From Eledone cirrhosa (lineage: Eukaryota): a DNA stretch of 64,000 nucleotides. Both the position numbers and the translations under genes were made by a program. Where the stretch lies: positions 18,166,001 to 18,230,000 of the forward strand of contig OZ024746.1 in NCBI GenBank assembly GCA_964016885.1. The letters are read 5' to 3'. Positions within the stretch are counted from its first letter, which is position 1; each line of letters opens with the position of its first letter. Shown here in pieces: positions 54,101 to 63,654 of the stretch. The notes below the pieces were generated by a model. That model ran no database searches, had not been told where the DNA came from, and saw only the letters and a program-made list of their open reading frames with translations.

Positions 54101-57100
54101 GTTGCTGGTGCTTTATTTTATTGACCCCTTAGTGAAAGGCAAAGCTAACCTTGGCAGAATTTGAACGCAGAATGTAAGGCCTATTGTCCGACGCTCTACT
54201 TATTCTACTACCAATCCACCATCCTCAATACAAAATAATATTTTCTCTGATATAGGTTATGACAAAACCGGATTTAACTCTGTTGGTTATAACAGAATGG
54301 GTTACAATTCTGAAGGTTATGATCCGTTTGGGTTCAACATGACAGGGTACAGCAGAGAAGGTGAGTTTGATGGTATGATCGACTATAATGATGATGGCTA
54401 TGATCAAGAAGGATATAACAGGTGAGATATTTCATTGGTTGAATTATTTTCAGTGAGAAATATCATTACTTTTAATATCATCGATTTTAAAGAATAAAGC
54501 ACTTACAATGTTTTGGGTTTTTTTTCTAACTTTGGCTCAAGAATATAAATTTCTAGTAGAATGGTATATATAGGTAATTGAAGTGACTCCAATATATTAC
54601 TGGTACTGGCAGGATTTGTAAATCAGAATGTAAGGAGATGTAATTAATGGTATGGTAGGGTCCCATAACTCCTGATGGAGTTGTAAGGACGTATGGCATT
54701 TCTTGGGCATTTTAAACCTGGTAGAGCCCATCTTCTCTCCAGGTCTGAACACAGCAGATTTCTTCCAGAGAAGGATAGAAAGTGAGAGAAAGGAATATAT
54801 TTTTAATCAATGAAAGGAATAAATATTATTTTCATCACTGATCACGTATTTTTGTATATTATTGACTTTTATAATGTTAGTGTTTAACTTGGAGGAGCAA
54901 ATAAATATGTGGTAGAATGGGCTCATGTGAAATAAAATTGTTATAAATAAATTTAGCAAGTCCATTCTTTTTTTCTTTTTATAGAGCTGGCTTCAATTGT
55001 GAAGGAATTAACCGAAAAGGTTTGGATATCTTTGAACGATATGCTGGCTTTAAGTACACTTGCATAGAAAGTACAAGAAGAAGATGTCAACGCATGGAAA
55101 CTGAAGATAATATTGAAATTATTAGATTTTCCCCAGGAAAAAAATGCAAAGATATCGTTTGTAAACCAAACTGTTTGTGTTGGTTTAATAACCAATTCCA
55201 CAGGATGTTGGATAATTTCAATGTTGGTTGTGAGAAATTTCAATGTCATTTGGGAGGCTTTTCAGAAATGAATTCTTGCCAAAAACATTTTCAGCGGAAA
55301 GAGATTCGTGATATGAGTTTTGAGGAAATGAAACGCTATCAACTTGTTATCCAAAATCTACAACACGAAAAAAGAAATGGCAAATCTATATGGTATGAAT
55401 TTGCTGAAATATATTCAGAGTATATTCCTCAATTTTCAGGAAATCCTATATTTCTACCATGGCATCGGTATTTTCTGTTTATGGTTGAAAAGTCAATGCA
55501 AGATATTGAATGTGGTGTTGTCATTCCATACTATGACTGGACTCTTGATGTAGGTGTCTTGAATAAATCTGTTATTTGGTCATCAAAATATTTTGGCAGT
55601 AATGGAGAGAATGGAACAGGCTGTGTTAGATATCATCCATTTAAGTCTTATCACCCGCCATATTGGGCTCCTTGTCTCCGTAGACGATTCAATTCCTCAA
55701 TACATCTTCCAGACGCCATTCATGTTTTTCTGGCTTTACAGGAAAGTACATTTCATGACTTTTCTGCTTACATGGAATCAGTGTTACATCTTTTCCAGAT
55801 GTGGGTTGGAGGTCATATGAATTCACCTCTTAGTGCATATGACCCTCTGTTCTATTCACATATAGCCTTCATTGATAAATTGTGGGATGATTGGCAGAGG
55901 AATCAGAAAAAAGGTTTGCTAAAGTTTCCTCCTAATTTCCGATATATTCCTATGGAACCTTTCAAGGTTTCCCCTGATGATGTACTAGATTGCAAAAAAC
56001 AAATGTGTATCACCTATTTGGATTTACCATTTGGATCACCATGTAACCAGACAAAATTGAAGACTTATGGATATGACAGTAATAGTTATAATCGTCATGG
56101 TTTTGATAAAAATGGTTATGATAAAGATGGATTTAATATACATGGAATAAACATTGATGGCTATATTGATCTTAGAGGAATATATAACAATGATGGATTT
56201 GACAAAGAAGGCTTTTCTAGACAAGGTTATGATAGTATGGGCTATGACCGACATCTCTTTTACAGAGATGGTTACAATTCTGATGGTTTTGATGCTACTG
56301 GATATGATAGATCTGGTCATAATAGATATGGTTTCAGCAGAATCAAGTCAAATATTTATGGAGAACACATGTCTACATTTAGAAAGAATGAATTCAATGA
56401 ACTTGGATTAAATAATTTGGGTTTTAATAACAAAGGATTTGACATTTTTGGTTTCAACAAAGATGGCTTCAACCGCTTTGGTTGTAATTTTTATTCCAAT
56501 GGACCATTTTATATAATAATGTACCAGTCTCTTAAAAATAAACTTACTGAGATAAAATCTATGCAATCTTTGATAAATATACCAAGGCTGTGTCCTCAAG
56601 TGTCACAGTTTCCTCAGTGGATGTATAAAGTTTATTGGCTGAGCCGTCAAAAAAACATTCCTGAGGTTTTAGCCATTATGGCTTTGGACAGGCTTAAAAA
56701 TCCATTTTCATTTGAAGATGTCTTTGATAAACTTTGGATTCCTCTGATTCCAGATCAAAGGTAAACATTTAATTATTTTTTTATTAATTTTTTTTTTTTA
56801 ATTAATTTGGTATGTGATTATTGATAGTTATTGTTATTTATAGTATATATGAGTCAGATCAGGCTTCTGCCTGCTACTGGTACCATGTAATCCAGTACAA
56901 CCTGCTTTGTGGTTGGTGATTAAACCTGCTCCTCCACCAAACCAGGGTCTAGTGGAGGAGGGTAAGTTGAACCCCCAGCAACAGGGTTGTTAAAAGGGTG
57001 GATGAACTCCTCAGTCAACAGCCATCCACCCCAACTATGGGTTAAATAGCCTCACCAAACTGCAATTGGCCAAGCGTGGTGAGTACAGCTATACCCCTGA

Positions 57101-60100
57101 CATGACCAAACCAAATAGAAAGTAGTGGAAGTCAACTAGGGAGGGGTTCCTCCAACAGAAGTGAGAAGGCCCTGGATTGAATTTGAAAGTGTAATAACCA
57201 TTTAGCATGGTTAAGAAATTCACTTCGCAATCATCCCACAGCATGTCATCTTGGGCAAGTGTCATTCACCATAGTCTTAGATCAACCCATATCTTGTGAG
57301 GAAGTTTATCAGATGGACTGTTCCTGTAATTCAAAGAGTCAGCTTTGTCACACAGTGTCATGCTGAATCTCCCGAGTTGTACTTGTTTGTTGTAGCATGA
57401 AGTGATGTTACCACGGGGAAGATGGTTTTCCCATACCACATAAACAAGACACCACTCATTTTTGTTTTTATTTATAACGTAATTTACTTTGAAATCATGT
57501 GCAGCAATAAACAACGAAAAAAGAATATATGTATTGTGTCATGTGGGCAAGTATATCAATATCTGACCTGTGTTGGTAAAATGTTCTCAACTAGCGATCC
57601 CAGCAAGACTGCCTAGCGAGTGTGTGACTGTGTATATGGCTGCACTGCAAGGCTGAAACAACAAATTGTCCTTCTGAAAGTCGAAAAGCAGACTCTTTTA
57701 AGATGGGAAAATTATCTATCATTCTTCCTGCATACGATTGGTGTTGTTAATCCTACAACCAGAGAACGTTATCTAAGTTATGAAGCTCTGAGGTCGTAGG
57801 CCAGTTTTAAGGTGGTTGTGTATGGCAGACTAAGAAAAACCATCATGGGAAGATGCTGAGATTTCACTAAATATATATATATATAGTGAAGGCACATGGC
57901 TTAGTGGTTAGAACATTGGGCTTGCAATCGAAAGTTCAATTCTCGGACCGGGTGATGAGTTGTTACCTTGAGCAAGACACTTTATTTCACATTGCTCCAG
58001 TTTACTCAGCTGTAGAAATGAGATGATAGGACTGGGGTCCCTATCATTCCACTGCAAAGTGGTCATGGAGGTGCCATGGCAAAAAAGCACCCAGCCCCCC
58101 ACACTGTAAAAGTGGACGTGTAGGCGCCACGGAAAAAAAGCACCCAGCATTCACTGTAAATGAGGTTGGTGTTAAGAAGGGCATCCAGCTGTAGAAATCA
58201 AGTCAGAATCAGTTCCTGTATGAGGAAGACAAGGTCAGCCGACCGGACACTGCCCACAACAGGACAACCCGTCTAACCCATGCTAGCTTGGAAGAACGGA
58301 CGTAAAACGATGATGATGATGTGTATATATATGATCTTATTTTTAGGAGATTTGAGTATTTAAAAGAAGCATCAACATTGTTTAACTATAAAAAATAGTC
58401 TTATAAGTTATACCCTGAATATGGAAAATCTTTTGTACAGTACTGATGTCATGTTTGACTGATTAATGATAAAATGAAACTGACAAAGAATGTTTACTCT
58501 CAACAAATCCACATGTCTAAATTTGGTGGGGTGTGACAGTACTAAAAATGAATGAAATTATAATTAAGAGAAAAATGAAATTAAAGCAATTATTTTCATT
58601 AATAATTATGTTGTACTTTTCAGGTTTTGTTTGGAAACAAACTTTTTCTCCAAATGTCCACTTGGTCATGCTCCAGTAAAATGTTCATCAGATTTATGCT
58701 TCAATACAATCTGTCCTGGTAATAGCTATTCATTTTTTATCATTTCTTTTTTAAGTCAGCATTTTATTTCAAAATATTGTCCTTTATAACATTTCAATTT
58801 CCAATTTTGAAAATACCTCATATAACTTTAACTTAAGATTTGCTATATTCATATATTTTACATATATATATATATATATATATATATAAAGAGAATGTTG
58901 TCATTGTTTGCTTGAAGCATTGTGAAATATGAAATGTTGTAGTTAGGAAGCTACTACATTGTAAATATTAAGGCAACAAAACTGGGAGAAGATGAAGAAT
59001 AAAAGAAAAGAATCAGAGATAATGTTACTTTAGAAATATTTACGAACTCCCATATATTTCGGATGTACCATCCATTATCAAGGTGATTGTACTTGGTGAT
59101 AAATTTCAAAGTGAAACAATAAAGCATTACATGAAAATGTCTAACTCTTGTAAGTGTCCCCTGACCACCATCAAGCGATCATACAAACCTCCTCCTCCTT
59201 TCAGGCCCAGAAAAAGAGCAAGACAGCCATGAAACCCTTTTCCTATCAGGTCCAGAATTTAAGAGTTGCTACTATCCATGCTGGCATGATGAAAGGTAGG
59301 TGTGGAGAGATTGTGCAGATGCTAGAGCAGAGGCGTGTAGATGTATGCTGTGTGCAAGAAATAAGATGGAGAAGAGCTTCAGTCAGACTCATCACAGACA
59401 AGGAACATAGGTACAAATTTTCTGTGTGGGTAGCAGTGGTGGTGTGGGTGGTGTGGGTAGCAGTGGTGGTGTGGGTGGTGTAGGAATAATATTAACAGAG
59501 AAATGAGTAGACCAGGTAACTGAGATAGTTAGAATGTGCAATAGGATAATTAAATTTAGACTTTCCTTGAACACATCAATAGCTATTATAATCTTTGCAT
59601 ATGCTTCACAGGCTAGACTTGGAGGTGAACAAAAGAACCACATTGATGACAAACAATGGTGACCTCCTTATTGTGGCTGGGGATTTCAATGGATATGTTC
59701 GGCAAAACTGTAATGGCTTGTCCAGTGTAGATGGAGGCCATTGATATGATACAAGAAATTAAGAGAGATCAAGGGTCCTGGGTTTTTTGTGATGCATGTG
59801 ATTTAACACTAATTTCAGGAAACTAGCTAGCCACCTGATTACTTAACAATCAGAAGAGACAGGCAAGCCCAATAGATTTCATTTTTACCAGGAAACAAGA
59901 TAGATGAATGGTAATATATGCCAAGTCCTTCCCTGGTGAAGAATGTACCTCCCAACACAGATTAGTTATCAGTGACTTTAGGATAAGAATCTGATGTGGA
60001 GAAGAATGCCATAGAAGGTGAAAGAATTCTCACTTGGCAACAAATTCAGAGAAATCCTACAATATTAAAGAAGAGGAAACAGAGTCCTATAATATAGAGG

Positions 60101-62288
60101 AAAATTGAGAATTCCTAAAAGACTGCTTGCTGAAGGTCATGGATCAGGTCTGTGGCTGGGTCAAGGTCCTTGCAAGACAGAAAGTGACATGATGGTGGTG
60201 GAATAAGAGGGTAGCCAACCATAAAAGAAAAAAGATAGGCTTAAAAAGACTGGAAAAAAGGAGGAAGCAGAGTGCAATACAAGCTAGACATTAGGTATAC
60301 TTAACAGCAGGGAGAAAGAGAAAAGGAGTTTGCACATGTTCTATGTGAGATTCAGAGGCATGAAGTGTTCTAGATTGTGAGGCAGAATGTTTGAGAAAAT
60401 CGAGGCATTGAGGAAAAATGTATTTAAAATGACAGTGGAATACTTTCCCTGACTAATGCCAAAAAGAAAAAGGCACAGAAGACTTATTACAAGTGATCGT
60501 TGAACAAAGAGAATAAATAGGAGAGTGAGGGTCTACTCTAAACAGAAGCAACTGGGGGACCAGTCATAAAAGTTGATGGCATTACATTAGACAAAGAGGT
60601 TAAGGACATAATGCCATGGAAGGAAGTTGGTGGAATGATAAGGTAATGCCATAAAAACCAAAAGACAAGCCTGGAGGAGAGACTGAAAGAATAGATAGCT
60701 AGAAAGGAGGTGAGGTGCCAGGTATACCTAGCAAGGGGGAAAAGATATTTACACAGGTTCTGCATTGTGAAGATCAGAGGCATGAAGTATTCCAGATTGC
60801 AAAACAGTATACTAAAGAGAATCATGATGTGGTTTAGGAAAAGTGTGTCCAAAATGATAATGGAGGACTTGTTCTGTCTGACCCCCCCCCCTCCTGCCAC
60901 ACACAAAAATAGAGGCGTAGAAGACTTATGAGAGATTACTGAATGAAGAGAATAAATGGGACAGTGAAGGCCCACTCCATGTAGAACTAGCCAAAAAAGT
61001 TGACAGCAGTGAGATAGATAAAGCAATTAAGAATATGAAGGTAGGAAGGAAGCCGAGCTGCTAAACACTCTGATATGGTAGGTTACAAGCTACTCAGGGA
61101 AACTATAACCCACCCAGAACTTCTACCTATGCTTCTTGTCTCTCCATCTTGTCTCTTGTACACAGCACACATCAACACATCTCTGCTGTAGCATCTCCAC
61201 AATCTCCCTGGACCTACGTTTCATCGTGCTGACATTGATGTGTGTGTGTATTTGTGTGTTTTTTTTTTTTTTGTGTGCATATCAAAGAATAAATTTGAAG
61301 ATAGCTTTACAAAGATAGAAGATGTGTTAACTAACCTAGATCAAAGTGATGTTTTTTCTGGGATACTTTAAACTCCCTAACTTCCAATGATCTAAAGGAA
61401 TGTCCACTACTGAGCAAAGACAATCAGAATCCCTGCTAGAGGTTACAAGAATGTTGTTCATGAAACTAGTAGTACTACATCCAACATGAGAGAATTAAAG
61501 AATAAATCACCTAGGAAGATTTCCATCTTGTTTGTTTTTCCTGAGATTTATTTCATTTACCACAATTATGAGCAAGATCAAATACTATTCATAATTTTAA
61601 TGCTGCTTGCAATATCTGATTTTATCACATCCATAAATTTTAAAGAATTGATTGATTATTAATCTTCATCATCATCATTGTCATCATCATCACCATCATC
61701 ATAATCACCACCACCACCACCACCATCATCATCACCAACACCAACAACAACACCAACAACACCAACAACACCAACAACACCAACAACACCAACAACACCA
61801 ACAACACCAACAACACCAACAACACCAACAACACCAACAACACCAACACCAACAACACCAACACCAACAACACCAACACCAACAACACCAACACCAACAA
61901 CACCAACACCAACAACACCAACACCAACAACACCAACACCAACAACACCAACACCAACAACACCAACACCAACAACACCAACAACACCACCACCAACAAC
62001 ACCACCAACAACACCACCAACAACACCACCAACAACACCACCACCACCAACACCACCACCAACACCACCACCAACACCACCACCAACACCACCACCAACA
62101 CCACCACCACCACCACCACCACCACCACCAACACCACCACCAACACCACCACCAACACCACCACCAACACCACCACCAACACCACCACCAACACCACCAC
62201 CAACACCACCACCAACAACACCACCAACAACACCACCAACAACACCACCAACAACACCACCAACAACACCACCAACAACAACACCACC

Positions 62289-62320
<32 letters not shown>

Positions 62321-63654
62321 CACCAACACCACTTTTTCTATACTGGCATAAATTGTAGAAGTCTTTTTGAGGCAATATTCTATGACTGAATATGCTCTTC
62401 CTAATGCCAACCCGTAGTTATTTTTAATTATCATACTTTTTACACTGGTCTTTACTCATTGAATTGCTAAGCTGCAGGACACAAACAATTGTCACTGAAT
62501 GCTTTTTGTTGTTGTTTTTATGTTAACATAAAGACATACATTGAGACAAACATAATCATACACAGACACATATCCGTAGACATATATATGTGTGTGTGTG
62601 TATGTATATATATATTTATAAGAAAGCTTGCCAAATAAAGAAATTGATAGTTAAAACTATTACCCGAAATGCATGTGTGTATCTGCGTGTGTGTGTGTAT
62701 CTATATGTGTGTATGTGTTTTCTAAATTTTGTAAAAGAGGCACAGGAAGAAATTTTTATCTGGGATCAATTTTCAACATTAATTAAATTAAAATAAATTA
62801 AAATGTTTTGTTATTTCTAATATTTTTCTAAATTCTCAAAATTTCTTTTTTATTTGTAGGTGTATCAGATGTAATATGCCAACTGAACTATTGTGGAACA
62901 TGTACAGTGGAATGGTATAATGCTCACTCTGGTGAAGTTCAAGAATGTCAAGGTAATAGCTTTCTGAAATTGGGAAAATTGTTTAAAGCAATTTAATAAA
63001 TTTCAAATATAATATGATTTGCATATGTTGAGAAATAAACTTTACATTAAATTTATATATTCTATATAAGGATACAATGAGTCGTAGGAACATCAGATAG
63101 AAAGCTTTGCAGTATTCATTTTGGTTCTCTGCTCTCTGAGTTCAAATCCCGCCAAGGTTAACTTTGTCTTTCATTCTTTTGAAATTTCTAAAACTGTTTA
63201 GAACTGGTATTGTACTAGTTTTGATTCTTTCACTATATCTCTTTCTCACTTCCTCTCTCTATCCTTCTTTGGAAGAAATTTGCCATATTCAGACCTGGAG
63301 AGGTTTTTAAATGCCCTAGAAACCCCATCTATCAACTACGACTCTCTCAGGAGTTATGGGACCATACTGCATACAATGTTAGATTAAGGAATCCTCTGAT
63401 TGATATATTCAGCCATTGCAATACTTGTAGAAATAATAGAATTATGTTCCCTGTAATTATTACCTACAAGAATTAATAGTAATAAAAATAAATTTACACA
63501 AAAAAAAACTATGCTTCAAATATATGTGAATAGATCATCTTTATGCCAGTCTCTATTTTGATGAATCTTTCCAGGTTGTAAAGATGAATACAATCGGCAT
63601 AAACCTGAAAGATCATCATGGATCAACTCTGAGTGCCAAAATTGTACATGTCAG
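33598..63654 (+). CDS. Large mosaic, probably secreted protein: coiled coil-VWC-2x[EGF-Kunitz-GACC-VWC-like-tyrosinase-like-GYD repeats-Cys-rich]-VWC; partial gene span, 19 exons
   Basis: All 19 exons have AG/GT ends and mutually compatible phases and total 5195 nt of open frame. Recognisable EGF, Kunitz (YxGCGGNxNxF), VWC and tyrosinase (RKEIR, LPWHR, PY.D, VGG.M, DP.F) motifs. Confidence 0.88.
34561..34692 (+). CDS. Mosaic gene exon B, coiled coil end plus VWC-like (ERIEQLETCEC...WQPDTCTRCHCQ)
   Basis: WxPDxCxxCxC VWC motif; tttag acceptor, gtatgt donor. Confidence 0.88.
35416..35464 (+). CDS. Mosaic gene exon C (EGKPECKVRADIPGCS)
   Basis: ttag acceptor, gtaagg donor; completes the VWC GxxxC motif and bridges phase 0 to phase 1. 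Confidence 0.75.
35971..36306 (-). mobile_element. tRNA-head SINE with RTE-derived tail (internally deleted copy)
   Basis: Reverse complement of the 37271-37708 family. Confidence 0.85.
37271..37708 (+). mobile_element. Full-length tRNA-derived SINE with RTE 3' tail and (GAT)n end
   Basis: Head ggcacatggcttagtggttagagcattgggcttgcaatc...; the 3' approximately 270 nt match the LINE 3' UTR at 41008-41280. Confidence 0.88.
38153..38374 (+). CDS. Mosaic gene exon D, EGF1 plus N-half of Kunitz 1
   Basis: PCSSSPCKHGGSC...FKCLC...FSGALCE, then PSDPGYC...YYFD....CLMFNYTG. Confidence 0.92.
39371..39513 (+). CDS. Mosaic gene exon E, Kunitz 1 C-half plus GACC motif
   Basis: GCGGNVNNFQSLEECQKNTLFGACC. 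Confidence 0.92.
40185..40310. repeat. 25-bp tandem repeat, about 5 copies
   Basis: ctatctggtattgctccctgtctct is repeated. Confidence 0.85.
40637..40893 (+). CDS. Mosaic gene exon F, end of GACC domain plus VWC-like
   Basis: ...GFHPGLSCQDARC...SCHVFG...VGQEIMIGCRNCIC; cag acceptor, gtaagt donor. Confidence 0.85.
41008..44430 (-). mobile_element. Near-intact RTE-clade LINE (APE endonuclease + RT + PHD-like finger), with a single frameshift at about 42528
   Basis: APE motifs (TINVGS, VQETRW, AYAPQ, GDFNGHVG), RT motifs (NYRGIKL, QFGFVPG, GVHQGSVLSPLLF, LLYADDL), RRLRWYGHV and a (GAT)n tail. Confidence 0.95.
45775..46137 (+). CDS. Mosaic gene exon G, tyrosinase-like domain 1 CuA half
   Basis: RKEIRD...HGMHSHGGVFYLPWHR...LPYFDF...FFGGDG. 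Confidence 0.93.
47015..47559 (+). CDS. Mosaic gene exon H, tyrosinase-like domain 1 CuB half plus first GYD repeats
   Basis: CLKRNF...IHSFVGGDM...SAYDPVFYIIHTYIDRLY...GYNQFGYDPQGFDRRGYN. Confidence 0.93.
47690..48376 (+). mobile_element. 5'-truncated copy of the same RTE LINE
   Basis: Peptide RNEACMLRWMCNSNI.ERQSINELRERLSIRGIKCCVQERRLRWYGHV is near-identical to the 41310-42458 ORF; same 3' UTR and (GAT)n. Confidence 0.93.
48769..48957 (+). CDS. Mosaic gene exon I, G-(Y/F)-(D/N)-x-x repeats
   Basis: GVNREGFDTEGYDLEGYNRYGFDHDGYDRKGFN; phase 1-1. Confidence 0.9.
49438..49680 (+). CDS. Mosaic gene exon J, end of repeats plus linker (CNYSFNGPF...)
   Basis: Paralogous to CNFYSNGPF in exon P; cag acceptor, gtaagt donor. 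Confidence 0.9.
49902..50225. repeat. Imperfect inverted repeats of about 70 bp enclosing about 185 bp of RT-like sequence
   Basis: ttactagctctatac...gttgatctccaacttgcactt / aagtgcaagtcagagatcaac...gtatagagctagtaa. Confidence 0.75.
50479..50724 (+). CDS. Mosaic gene exon K, Cys-rich module (CRNNLCLDAECPSYPQANCYVDVCNEC..W...C)
   Basis: Paralogous to exons Q+R; cag acceptor, gtaagt donor. Confidence 0.9.
51985..52143 (+). CDS. Mosaic gene exon L, EGF2 plus start of Kunitz 2
   Basis: YCHPNPCQHGATC...CKCPPGYEGKHC...EICYLPLEKG. Confidence 0.92.
52618..52825 (+). CDS. Mosaic gene exon M, Kunitz 2 plus GACC
   Basis: GSCSRNVSRWYYD....[32 protein letters not shown]. Confidence 0.93.
53562..53671 (+). 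CDS. Mosaic gene exon N, GYD-like insert
   Basis: YGFNDKGHNQ...SGYDWQG; bridges phase 2 to phase 1. Confidence 0.82.
54256..54421 (+). CDS. Mosaic gene exon O, G-(Y/F)-(D/N)-x-x repeats
   Basis: GYDKTGFNSVGYNRMGYNSEGYDPFGFNMTGYSREG...GYDQEGYN. Confidence 0.9.
54985..56760 (+). CDS. Mosaic gene exon P (1776 nt): GACC end, VWC-like, tyrosinase-like domain 2, GYD repeats, linker
   Basis: The 580-aa ORF in the track; RKEIRD, FLPWHR, IPYYDW, WVGGHM, SAYDPLF; tag acceptor, gtaaac donor. Confidence 0.95.
56860..57180 (-). repeat. Interspersed repeat family (aatccagggccttctcac...; other copies at about 9771-9995, 30331-30745 and 34778-35090)
   Basis: Shared motifs ccccaactatgggttaaatagcctcacca and gtgagaaggccctggattg; class not determined. 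Confidence 0.65.
57888..58321 (+). mobile_element. Full-length tRNA-derived SINE with RTE tail
   Basis: Same family as 37271-37708; flanked by (TA)n. Confidence 0.88.
58624..58718 (+). CDS. Mosaic gene exon Q, Cys-rich module 2 first half (FCLETNFFSKCPLGHAPVKCSSDLCFNTICP)
   Basis: cag acceptor, gtaata donor; paralogous to exon K. Confidence 0.87.
59150..61238 (+). mobile_element. Degenerate, rearranged RTE LINE 5' half (APE region)
   Basis: LRVATIHAGMMKGRCGEIVQMLEQRRVDVCCVQEIRWR resembles the 42500-44428 N-terminus; many stops; internal duplication at about 60600-60960; short inverted piece at about 61100-61238. Confidence 0.82.
61667..62331. repeat. Compound (CAT/CAC/CAA)n trinucleotide repeat in an intron
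   Basis: CAN triplets organised into 9-, 15- and 12-nt higher-order blocks. Confidence 0.95.
62860..62952 (+). CDS. Mosaic gene exon R, Cys-rich module 2 second half (VICQLNYCGTCTVEWY...ECQ)
   Basis: tag acceptor, gtaata donor; paralogous to exon K. Confidence 0.87.
63575..63654 (+). CDS. Mosaic gene exon S, VWC start (GCKDEYNRHKPERSSWINSECQNCTCQ); gene continues beyond the window
   Basis: W...CxxCxC motif; cag acceptor, gtaaga donor. Confidence 0.85.

Noticed and set aside
45775-56045. Molluscan hemocyanin (tandem type-3 copper units)
   Set aside because: There is no Cys-x-His thioether motif or C-terminal beta-sandwich, the copper ligands are degenerate, and the units are separated by EGF, Kunitz and repeat modules.
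61640-62434. Long poly-H/Q, poly-V/L and poly-G/V ORFs
   Set aside because: By-products of a trinucleotide repeat; the flanking exons Q and R join in phase without it.
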